In this document: positions 40,509-49,196 of the stretch, piece after piece
Position numbering within the stretch: position 1 is the first letter of the stretch
Layout of the letters: every line of letters starts with the position of its first letter
NCBI GenBank assembly: GCA_030587475.2
Contig: JAUQYZ020000230.1
Location: 25,317-89,316 of the forward strand
Length of the DNA stretch: 64,000 nt
From: Candidatus Sigynarchaeum calidifontis
Lineage (GTDB): Archaea; Asgardarchaeota; Lokiarchaeia; Sigyniarchaeales; Sigyniarchaeaceae
Direction of reading: 5' to 3'
The notes under the pieces: generated by a model
What the model was told of the DNA's origin: nothing
The model's input: the letters and a program-made list of their open reading frames with translations, nothing else
Database searches by the model: none
Program-made: the position numbers and the translations under genes

Positions 40509-41660
40509 ATGAACGTCGTCGACGGCATCATCACCTCGTTGAAACGAGAGCGAGAGCCAGATCGCGTGTATTCATTCGTCCAGGGGATCATGGAGCTTTT
40601 TGCACGCAATTTCGACGAGAAATTCGGTGATTCGCTCCGCGAAGATGACATCGTAATCCTTCCCAACAAAGACATCACGATACACAAGGTTCTCGGTTTC
40701 GACTCGTCATGGTGCGGAAGCGCGAGCCCTTCCATCGTATATGGCGATCAGCATCCCGCGTTGCTAAAGGAATTGAATGAAAGGTATCAAAAGATCAACC
40801 CGGACTATAAAGTCACCGCAAGTGGTTCGCTCGTGAAAATCCATGCGTACGGTCGGGATCTCATTCATAACTATCAGGTCGATGGGTTACTCAAGACGCG
40901 CGAGATCTGGGAAAAGTGGCACGAGGGCCTCGTCGTCGGCGACATCGCCGATTACCACGTCGACGAGCTGGACGAGGCGATCCACCAGGGCATCGAGCAC
41001 GATTTCCTCGAGATTCCCAGCGTTGGCTTGCTGATGGAACCGTTGATCGCCACGATCGGCATCGATAGCATCGGTAGATTCGCCCGGAAGGATCCGGCCT
41101 TCTTGCACGAGATCTGCGCGTCGATCATGGTGCCACAGTACAAGAAGATGGATTTCCTCTGCAAGAGCGAGGCGCCGGTCATCATCATCCCAGACGATTG
41201 CGCGTACAAGGGGCGGCCAATACTCTCTCCAAGCATGTACAAGGAATTCATCATCCCCCATCTTTCAAAGATGATCGAGAAGGCGCACAAGAAGGGCAAG
41301 CTCGTCATGATGCATTCGGACGGCTTCATCGAGCCATACTACCCGCTCTTCATCGAGATCGGCCTGGACGCGCATGAATCCTTGGAGCCCGTCGCGGGCA
41401 TGGACCTCAAGCACTGCAAGGAACAATACGGCGACAAGCTATCGCTGGTCGGCAACATCGACTCAAGCCGGCTCCTGCCATACGGTACCCCCGAAGAGGT
41501 CGCTGCCGAGGTGAAGAAATGCCTGCGTGACGGCGCGCCTGGTGGCGGGTACATGTTCTCCCCGTGCACCGACCTGACTGATTCTTGCAAGGTCGAAAAC
41601 GCGGTTATCATGATGGAGACTTACAGGAAGTACCGGAGTTATCCCATCAACATCCCGTGA
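40509..41660 (+). CDS. Uroporphyrinogen decarboxylase / MtaA-CmuA family protein
   Basis: PDDCAYK, MHSDG, LVGNID, GTPEEV and GGYMFSP. Confidence 0.85.
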   Translation: MNVVDGIITSLKREREPDRVYSFVQGIMELFARNFDEKFGDSLREDDIVILPNKDITIHKVLGFDSSWCGSASPSIVYGDQHPALLKELNERYQKINPDYKVTASGSLVKIHAYGRDLIHNYQVDGLLKTREIWEKWHEGLVVGDIADYHVDELDEAIHQGIEHDFLEIPSVGLLMEPLIATIGIDSIGRFARKDPAFLHEICASIMVPQYKKMDFLCKSEAPVIIIPDDCAYKGRPILSPSMYKEFIIPHLSKMIEKAHKKGKLVMMHSDGFIEPYYPLFIEIGLDAHESLEPVAGMDLKHCKEQYGDKLSLVGNIDSSRLLPYGTPEEVAAEVKKCLRDGAPGGGYMFSPCTDLTDSCKVENAVIMMETYRKYRSYPINIP

Positions 41661-41675
41661 TACTGGCTGAGATTT

Positions 41676-42548
41676 TTACTTTTTCTCGATTAAATCGTTG
41701 AGGGAGCCCGGCTTGTACCCTTCGAGATCGAGGCTTACCTTCTTGAAACCCAGCTTCTTGATCCTGGCGGCGAGATCGAGCAGCATCCTGGCATCGGTAG
41801 ACAAGAGGCGAGCTAGCGACGGCGGATCGATCTCGATGCGGAGCAGGCCCCCCTCGTGAAGTCGGGCGCGCACGGTGACAACATCCGGCAAGATTGCCTT
41901 GATCTCCGCCTCCGCGAGGCCGATCGCGGTGATCTGGTCGGTCGTGAGTTCGACGCCGTATGCGACGCGGGTCGCGAGGCACGGGCTCGACGGCTTCTCC
42001 GCGTTCGGAAGGTGCACGGCGCGGGCGATCTGGCGAATTTCCTCCTTGCCGAGGCCGGCCGTGGCCAACGGGGAAAGGAGCCCGAGCTCCGTCACGGCTT
42101 TCAATCCCGGCCGGTAATCACCCGCATCATCGGCATTGGAACCTTCCGCTACGGCGTCGAAGCCGAGTTTTTTCGCAAGCTCCAGCACTTTCGTGAAGTT
42201 CTCTTTCTTGCAGAAGTAACACCGCTCCGGCGGGTTCGATCGCACGTCGTCGCAAGCGAGGGGATCTATCTTGATCACGTCCATCTTGACTTTCAAGAAC
42301 TTGGCAACCTTCACGGCGATTTCCTTCTCCCCTGGCGTGTTAAATATCGAATCGAAGTGCACCGCGTAAGCCTCCTTGGCAAAGGCGATCGCGAGTGCCA
42401 GCAAGGTCGACGAGTCGACGCCGCCCGAAAATGCGACGAGGATCTTCTTGCCGGCGAGGGCTGTCTTGATTTCCTGGATCTTCCCGAAGAGCGATGGCGG
42501 GAATGCAGAGCGGTCGCCGAGCACGGCTAGGTTCGCGACGGATGTCAT
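41676..42548 (-). CDS. larE: LarE-family ATP-dependent sulfur transferase
   Basis: AFSGGVDS PP-loop, NPPERCYFCK, GSNADD..DYRPG and KPSSPCLATRV. Confidence 0.9.
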   Translation of the reverse strand: MTSVANLAVLGDRSAFPPSLFGKIQEIKTALAGKKILVAFSGGVDSSTLLALAIAFAKEAYAVHFDSIFNTPGEKEIAVKVAKFLKVKMDVIKIDPLACDDVRSNPPERCYFCKKENFTKVLELAKKLGFDAVAEGSNADDAGDYRPGLKAVTELGLLSPLATAGLGKEEIRQIARAVHLPNAEKPSSPCLATRVAYGVELTTDQITAIGLAEAEIKAILPDVVTVRARLHEGGLLRIEIDPPSLARLLSTDARMLLDLAARIKKLGFKKVSLDLEGYKPGSLNDLIEKK

Positions 42549-42552
42549 GTGG

Positions 42553-43212
42553 TCATCCCTTTTCGGGGGTGATGTCGATGGCTTGCAATCGTGTCATGAT
42601 CGCCTTGAGGAGTCCCACGACGTCGACCTTTGCTTCGATAGGCGCATATGTTTCGATCTTGCCGTGCGTGATGGGATATCTCGGGACCGCCTTGCAAGGA
42701 TCCTTGGCGTTGTTCGAGATGTCGAGCGTGCCGATTTCGCGTGCGAGCTTTATAACGTCTATCTTGTCCCATGTCAGCAGCGGGCGGATGACGAGGAAAC
42801 TGCCCACGGCTTGCTGGATGAGGGCCAGGTTGTCGATGGTCTGCGATGCTTGCTCTCCGATGATCTCGCCGGTCGAGATTGCCTGGGCTTGCTCCCGAGT
42901 TGCAACCTCCTTGGCGATGCGGTAGAGCATGCGCTTGCAGAAAATACACGTGTATTTGAGCTCGGACTCGTTCCAGGCTGAATGTATAGCCTTGTATATC
43001 GGGCCGGTCGTCGCGATGAACATCTTGAGCGGGTGCCCGGCATGGGCTGCTATCTTGCGCGCGTGCGCGACGGCGGCGTTTTTCGTGATGCCCGTGGCGT
43101 AAGGCGCAGCATCACTCGTGAGAAAGATGGGTTCAAAGCCTGACTTGACGAGCAAATAGCCCGCGACGGGGGAATCGATGCCGGCGGAGAGCAAGTGCAC
43201 GACTTTTTCCAT
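42553..43212 (-). CDS. ThiI-like PP-loop sulfurtransferase lacking NFLD/THUMP domains
   Basis: LLSAGIDSPVAG, CIFCKRML, TGE.IGEQASQT..NL and RPL. Only 219 aa. Confidence 0.85.
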   Translation of the reverse strand: MEKVVHLLSAGIDSPVAGYLLVKSGFEPIFLTSDAAPYATGITKNAAVAHARKIAAHAGHPLKMFIATTGPIYKAIHSAWNESELKYTCIFCKRMLYRIAKEVATREQAQAISTGEIIGEQASQTIDNLALIQQAVGSFLVIRPLLTWDKIDVIKLAREIGTLDISNNAKDPCKAVPRYPITHGKIETYAPIEAKVDVVGLLKAIMTRLQAIDITPEKG

Positions 43213-43221
43213 TTCCCGAGC

Positions 43222-44214
43222 TCACCCCGATCCGGTGGAATACTTGAACATCGCGTCGATCGCATTTTTCGCACGTGCGGCGACCCGCTCGTCGACGAGA
43301 ACCTCCCGGTCGGCCGCGGTTCCCGCCTTGATCGCGAGCAGCACGTCGCGCACCTTCTGCAGCGTGGTCTTCTTCATGTTCTTGCACGCGATGCCTTGCG
43401 GCACGGGCGCGAGCGAGTGCAGCTTGAGATCCGGGTGTTTCCTCGATAAATGGTCGAGCAAGCCTTGTTCGGTGCCGATGATGAATTCCTTGCACCTGGC
43501 CATCCCGTTCTCGATGTACTGGAGCATCTGGGTCGTGGAACCGACGAAATCTGCGGCCTCCTGGATCTCGGGCTTGCACTCGGGATGCACGACGAGCTTG
43601 GCAACGGGGAAGCGCTGCCGCTGGAGGTTCACGTCTTCGATGGTGAACTGGTCGTGCACGTAGCAGCAGCCCTTGTCGGGCACCGTGATGACCTTGATAT
43701 TCGCCCTTTTTTCAACGTGGTAGGAGAGATTCTTATCAGGGCCCATGATGATCGAGTCCACGCGATGTTCCTTCGCCACCTTGCTGCAAACCTCGATTGC
43801 ATTCGATGATGTACAAACGACATCGCATTCCGCCTTCGCCTCGGCGAGCGTGTTGATGTAGAGCACGACCGGCAGGCCCGGAAATCGTTTTTTCTGCATC
43901 AAGACGTCCGTGGCTCGGAGCTGGTTCGCCATGGGGCATGACGCCGTCCGGTCGGGCATGTACACGTGCTTGGACGGGGCGATGATCTTGGCGACCTCGG
44001 CCATGAAGTCCACGGCGGCGAAGACGATGTTTTTCGCCGTGGTGACACTCGCTGCCTTGCGGGACAGACCCAAGCTATCGCCGAGGAAATCGCCGATGTC
44101 TTGCACGTCCGTGATCTGGTAGTAATGGGCGAGGACGATCGTGCTCGTTTCTCGTTTCAAGACCTGGATCTCTTCCTTGAGCTGCTGGATGGTTACCTCG
44201 GCCATGGGGATCAT
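43222..44214 (-). CDS. nadA: Quinolinate synthase
   Basis: LAHYYQ, GDSLGLS, FMAE, SCPMA, YINT, CTSSNA, CYVH, HPEC, GST and CKNMK. Start uncertain (44205-44256). Confidence 0.95.
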   Translation of the reverse strand: MIPMAEVTIQQLKEEIQVLKRETSTIVLAHYYQITDVQDIGDFLGDSLGLSRKAASVTTAKNIVFAAVDFMAEVAKIIAPSKHVYMPDRTASCPMANQLRATDVLMQKKRFPGLPVVLYINTLAEAKAECDVVCTSSNAIEVCSKVAKEHRVDSIIMGPDKNLSYHVEKRANIKVITVPDKGCCYVHDQFTIEDVNLQRQRFPVAKLVVHPECKPEIQEAADFVGSTTQMLQYIENGMARCKEFIIGTEQGLLDHLSRKHPDLKLHSLAPVPQGIACKNMKKTTLQKVRDVLLAIKAGTAADREVLVDERVAARAKNAIDAMFKYSTGSG

Positions 44215-44252
44215 CGCGTGGCGTGATGTTAAATGGTCTTGGCACGGGGCTT

Positions 44253-44786
44253 TCACTGGTAGAAGCCACCGCTTGCACCGCTCCCTTCTTTTCCCTCGAT
44301 GCTGCCCCCCTTCTTCCCGACAGGTAGAAACGTCGCCTGGAGCACCTCGTCGATGATCATGTTACCGAGGATCATGGCGTTGTGAATGCGGCGGATCGAC
44401 CTGAACAGTTCGTTCTTGGACAAGCCGTCGAAATGGATCTGGTCTGAGATGATCCACGTGTGCTGGTTCCTGTCGATGTTAAACGTTACATCTTTCTGCA
44501 GAAACATGGCTTGCATCTTGTTGTAAAAGAGCGGGAGCGCTAGCGGGCTTTTCTTCATCAAAGCATCGAGGTGCTGCGGGCTCATCTTCATGTTGATCTG
44601 AATGATGATGAAATCCGTGTCTGTCGGATTGATGATGATGATAGACACGGGCATCGGGTGCTTGAACGGATAGGATAACTCGATTCCCCACGTGAATCCT
44701 TCCTTGCCGGGCAGTTTGAGTTTGAAAACCCGGTCTTCGATGCACCACTTCTTTACTTGCAAAAAAATGTCATCAGTGTCGGACAT
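44253..44786 (-). CDS. DUF2299-like archaeal protein
   Basis: KKW..E, MSPQH and IHFDGLSKNELF pattern. Confidence 0.6.
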   Translation of the reverse strand: MSDTDDIFLQVKKWCIEDRVFKLKLPGKEGFTWGIELSYPFKHPMPVSIIIINPTDTDFIIIQINMKMSPQHLDALMKKSPLALPLFYNKMQAMFLQKDVTFNIDRNQHTWIISDQIHFDGLSKNELFRSIRRIHNAMILGNMIIDEVLQATFLPVGKKGGSIEGKEGSGASGGFYQ

Positions 44787-44911
44787 GGGTGTATGCCCTT
44801 CGAATCGTGACCTGGTTTTATATGTAAAAGAACGAATTAAATTTACGCTGTAATCGACATTACACTTTTGGTACGAATCCCCTCGTGGGAACACGAGGGA
44901 GGTAGGCCGGT

Positions 44912-45331
44912 ATGAACGAGAACGAGAAAAACAACATCACGGAGACATTTAAGGCATCACTCGATTCGATCTTCAAGGAAAAACTCGCGCAAGAAAAATG
45001 GCGAAAAAAGCTGGAGAAATTCAACGCCCGCGTGAACCTGGCCGTCGTGTGCCCGCCCGACGAGGGGGCTGGTGCCGGGGCAAAGGAGGACAAGATTTAC
45101 TTGCATATAATAGCCGACAAGGGTGCTCTCTCGGTTGAGCCCGGCAAGCTCGACGATGCCGATTTTGAACTTGCCGCGTCGTTCGAGATTTTCTTCAACG
45201 TGGCGACAGGCGATGCATCTGCCATCAAGGCGATGTTCAGCGGCGCGCTGAAGACATCGGGAAAAGTACTCAAGAACATCAGCAAGCTCTTGTTCTTGCA
45301 GAAATTGCTTATTCTCGAGAAGCAGGCGTAG
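44912..45331 (+). CDS. SCP2 sterol/lipid-binding domain protein
   Basis: DADFEL...FFNVATG...AMFSGALKTSG. Confidence 0.75.
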   Translation: MNENEKNNITETFKASLDSIFKEKLAQEKWRKKLEKFNARVNLAVVCPPDEGAGAGAKEDKIYLHIIADKGALSVEPGKLDDADFELAASFEIFFNVATGDASAIKAMFSGALKTSGKVLKNISKLLFLQKLLILEKQA

Positions 45332-45355
45332 AAATCGAGTTTTTCTGCTATTTTT

Positions 45356-45829
45356 TCAAGCCGGCAACCGCCGGCAACTCGCGTTGTCGGTTTTTTCCTT
45401 GATGGCACGCTTTATACGGTCGGCGAATGCCTGGCAAGTGGCTCCCATCTTGATCCAGATGCCGTGGCAATCGTTCTTCTGGTCGTTCGCCGCCTGGTGT
45501 TCATCATAAAATGGACACCCGTCACGTGTCTCGCAGAAGGTGATCGCGTCTCGTAGGAATGCGGAATACCCGTTATCATCCTTTAAATTGATGAAATCCT
45601 TTACCGAATACCGCTCGCGCATGACGGCCGAGACGTGCGGCTTCTTTCCTTGTCGCTCGTACTCGTATTGGAGCTGCCTGCATTCATCCCGGACTTCGGT
45701 CGCTTGTTTTTTCATCAGCTCCCGTTCTTTCTCCAGGAGTAGCCATTCCTTCGCGAGGCGGTCTTTCTCGGTCATCTTACCCTCGCTTCTGTCACCGCGA
45801 GCGATATCGCCCATTCTTCGCCAACCCAC
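45356..45829 (-). CDS. Hypothetical protein (coiled coil plus Cys-containing C-terminus)
   Basis: Single plausible ORF filling the gap. Start uncertain. Confidence 0.55.
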   Translation of the reverse strand: MGWRRMGDIARGDRSEGKMTEKDRLAKEWLLLEKERELMKKQATEVRDECRQLQYEYERQGKKPHVSAVMRERYSVKDFINLKDDNGYSAFLRDAITFCETRDGCPFYDEHQAANDQKNDCHGIWIKMGATCQAFADRIKRAIKEKTDNASCRRLPA

Positions 45830-46051
45830 GAACCCTTATTGAACCCTCGATATTGACACGAACGCGAATTGAACCCCCGGGTTCGATTGCATCGTGCAGT
45901 GCTTTTTTTTTTGAACGTGTCAATGAGAGATTGATCTTTAACTTGGTTTAAATGTGTTTAGGTACATTCGGATATGCATCAATACAAGGCATCAAGGGAA
46001 AAGTGGAGGTTCCCGGGCATCCCAAGCAGAGCTAGGAGGGATGGGGAGAAC

Positions 46052-46345
46052 TCATTTCTTCTGGGTAGAAACGGGCACGTAGACGTGGATCTTGGGAGAC
46101 TTGACATTCTCGTATCGCTTGATCACGTGCTTTTTCTCGAGGCTCTTCAGAAATTCTTTGGCTGCCGACACGCGGATGCCGAACTTCTGGGAGAGCTCGG
46201 ATGGCGTGACATACTTCATCCTGGGAATCTCTTTTTCCAGGCGCTCTTGTATTTCCTTCGGGATAAAAAGGTCACGCTTGATGATATTTATGGACCGCGA
46301 TTTCCCGTACATTATCTTGAGCTTGACTTGTTTCGTTTCTGGCAT
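46052..46345 (-). CDS. rps25e: Ribosomal protein eS25
   Basis: KEIPRMKYVTPSELSQKFGIRVSAAKEFLKSL winged helix; basic, 97 aa. Confidence 0.88.
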   Translation of the reverse strand: MPETKQVKLKIMYGKSRSINIIKRDLFIPKEIQERLEKEIPRMKYVTPSELSQKFGIRVSAAKEFLKSLEKKHVIKRYENVKSPKIHVYVPVSTQKK

Positions 46346-46515
46346 GTTTTACCGGCCTTTTGATTGCGTTTAATAATGCACCCCATTTTTAATTTGTTTC
46401 TGACCGGCACGAATCTCTATTTGCGAACATATACCTGGCCGCATTCCAAGAAACGTTTATTAGGGCGATGTGAACATCTCAGAAGCGATTTGGCTGCATT
46501 TAAGTAAATCAAGGG

Positions 46516-47610
46516 ATGAGGATGGCCGCGGAAGAAAATGACGAGTACGTGGTCGAACGGTTCACGCTCGACGATGAAAATTACAAGAACGCCATGCAAG
46601 TCGTCAAAGCAGCGTACCTGGCAAACAATCCAGAGGAAGGTGGCACGATATCGTTCACCGAAGAGGCCTTCAATATTTTCTTCGGTGCTCCTACGATCCC
46701 GCGGGATTACTTCGTCAGGGTCATTCACAAACCGACAGGCGAGATGGTCGGGTTCGAGGGTGCCATCCCTCGTACACTCTACATCAACGGCAAGACATAC
46801 AAGACGGGGGTGCCCGGTATGCTCGCGGTACATCCACAGCACCGTCGCAAGAACCTCGCGTTTCGCATCGGCGCCATGATGTTGAAAATGGGAAAGGAGC
46901 TTGGATATGAGGGCGGGTTCGGGTTTTTCGAGCCGGAGGCACACGGAATCGACACGTCGGCCGCCCTCGTGCGTGAAACGGGCATTCCGTGCCGGGAAAT
47001 CATCACCATCAAGAAATTCATCGTCCGTGTCTTCGACGTCAAGAAAATGTCCCAAGTCATCAAGACCAAGTGGTACGAGAAGCTCGGACTTGCTCTCTTG
47101 CAAAGCGTGCCTCGCAATAAGAACCCCCGCGTGCGGAAATACAAGCCCGAGGACGCGGAGCGCATGTTCGAGCTCCTGGAGGATCACAAGACGCATAACC
47201 AGGCATCATTCATCAGGGAACGGGAGGATTTCATCTGGTATTTGCGGCAACCGGGCGTGAACTGCGTTGTTCACGAGGGCACGGATGGAAAAGTCGACGG
47301 TTTCATGATCGCGTGGCGGTTCAACATCGCGGGCTTTGGAAAGACGCATCCGTTTGGCTGGCTGGACATGGTCCACATCTATCGCTTGTCCACGAAAGAG
47401 GCCGCCGATCTCTGCAATTACCTGGCCCAGACATCGAAGGAGCTCGGCTGGATCGGGTTACAATCCCCGTTCATCCCGTATTTCGACCCGGCACCGCTGA
47501 AGAAGGCGAAGTATGTCTTTTATCCCAAGAAACTTATCATCAACTTCTACCCTCTCGTGGAGATACCGCTGCCCGACAAGATAACTACGTTCTATTTCGA
47601 CTGGCGATGA
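46516..47610 (+). CDS. Tandem-GNAT acyltransferase, N-myristoyltransferase-like
   Basis: MVGFEGAIP...[13 protein letters not shown] in the first GNAT; the second GNAT starts VRKYKPED. Confidence 0.75.
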   Translation: [364 protein letters not shown]

Positions 47611-47657
47611 GCGATAGCAGATAAGATTAAACACCCTTGAGTGAACTGGTAAAAATC

Positions 47658-48497
47658 ATGCGCATCGGTGCACACATATCCGCCGCGGGCGGGTTCGAGA
47701 ACGCGATCAAGGGCGGGACGGAGATCGGTTGCGAGTCCGTCCAGATGTTCGTCAAGAGTAACAGGTCCTGGGGCGCGCGCGCCGTGAAAGACGAGGAATT
47801 CGGCACGTTCAAGCATACCCGTTCGGAGAATCCAGGGATCTCGTCTATTTTTTGCCACGGGACGTATCTCGTGAACCTGGCAGCCGAGGACAAGGAGATC
47901 CTCGCGAAATCGATCACGTGCTTCGAGCTGGAATACGACATTTCCACGAAGTTAGGGCTCGATTTCCTGGTTTTTCACCCCGGGGCCCCGAAAACCATGG
48001 GCCTGGACAAGGGAATTGCCCAGGTCGCCAAGTCGCTTAACGCCATCGCCAAGAAATTTCCCGGGAGCCCGGTCAAGATATTGCTCGAGAACACGGCGGG
48101 TCAAGGCTCCACGATCGGCCGTACATGGTCGGAGCTGCGCCAGATCCTCGATAAATTGGAAGAACCGAGGCGCTATGGCTTGTGTTTTGACACGTGCCAT
48201 GCATTCTCGGCAGGCTACGACATCCGCTCGGAAAAGGCCTATGAAAAGACGATGAAAGAGGTAGACGACGAGATCGGCCTCGATCGCATCTATGCATTCC
48301 ATCTCAATGATTCCGAGCACGAGCTCGGTGCCAACAAGGATCGGCACGCGCATATCGGCGAGGGCCAGATCGGGACGGAAGGGTTCCGCTGGTTGATCAA
48401 CGACGAGCGGTTCAAGAACCACCCCGGCACTGTCGAGACTCCCGACGAGGAGAAATTCCCACAAGACCTGAAACGATTGAAAGGCCTGCGCAAATGA
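47658..48497 (+). CDS. nfo: Endonuclease IV (AP endonuclease)
   Basis: IGAHIS, HGTYLVNLA, FHPG, LENTAGQG, CFDTCH, HLNDS, DRHAHIG and ETP. Confidence 0.95.
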   Translation: MRIGAHISAAGGFENAIKGGTEIGCESVQMFVKSNRSWGARAVKDEEFGTFKHTRSENPGISSIFCHGTYLVNLAAEDKEILAKSITCFELEYDISTKLGLDFLVFHPGAPKTMGLDKGIAQVAKSLNAIAKKFPGSPVKILLENTAGQGSTIGRTWSELRQILDKLEEPRRYGLCFDTCHAFSAGYDIRSEKAYEKTMKEVDDEIGLDRIYAFHLNDSEHELGANKDRHAHIGEGQIGTEGFRWLINDERFKNHPGTVETPDEEKFPQDLKRLKGLRK

Positions 48498-49123
48498 GCC
48501 GCAAGCGCTCCCCAAAAGTTCCTACAATGGACTCCTTCGCCTCTGAACAGGCCAAAGCCTACCAGGGCGCGAGGTGGATGGCACGGCTGCAGCACGCGAC
48601 CACCAGGCGGGCGCTCGAGCTGCTCGGGGACGAGCGACTCGGAGGCCGGATCTCTCGAGAAGCGATGCGCGAGGGCGTTCTACTAGACGTGGGCTGCGGG
48701 AATGGGTTCTCCACCGAAATTGCGATAGAAACAGGTTTCTTGCTCGTCGTGGGAATTGAAATATCCCTGGATATGCTTTTACTGCGACATCTTTCGAATT
48801 CAGTCGTCCAGGCCGATATGGCTCGAATGCCATTCCGGAATGGCATTTTTTCGTTCGTGATCTCTATCTCTGCCATGAATTTCTTATCCCAGGATATCGA
48901 AGACACCACGCTCGCCCGGGGGGTTTATGACGCGTTCGCGCGGCAGTTATATGCCTTGCTCGTGCCTGGCGGCCGAGGTGTCGTGGAGTTTTACCCGAAG
49001 TCGCCCGCAGAACTGGACGTGATCACCCGTGCCTTCGGCTCCAGATCCGGATTCCAGGGATTCCTCGTGATCGACAAACCCGGCACCCGGAAGGAGCAGA
49101 AATTCTTGATCTTTCGAAAATGA
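48494..49123 (+). CDS. Bud23/WBSCR22-like SAM-dependent methyltransferase
   Basis: Q...T.RALELL, LDVGCGNG.S, DM..MPFR.G.F..VISISA, EFYPK and GF.G.LVID.P. Confidence 0.8.
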   Translation: MSRKRSPKVPTMDSFASEQAKAYQGARWMARLQHATTRRALELLGDERLGGRISREAMREGVLLDVGCGNGFSTEIAIETGFLLVVGIEISLDMLLLRHLSNSVVQADMARMPFRNGIFSFVISISAMNFLSQDIEDTTLARGVYDAFARQLYALLVPGGRGVVEFYPKSPAELDVITRAFGSRSGFQGFLVIDKPGTRKEQKFLIFRK

Positions 49124-49196
49124 CCGCTCCCCACAATGTTTTTTTACCTTGGGAAAGGATTATCAACATCGCTCTTGCACGATAGATGGATTGGCC

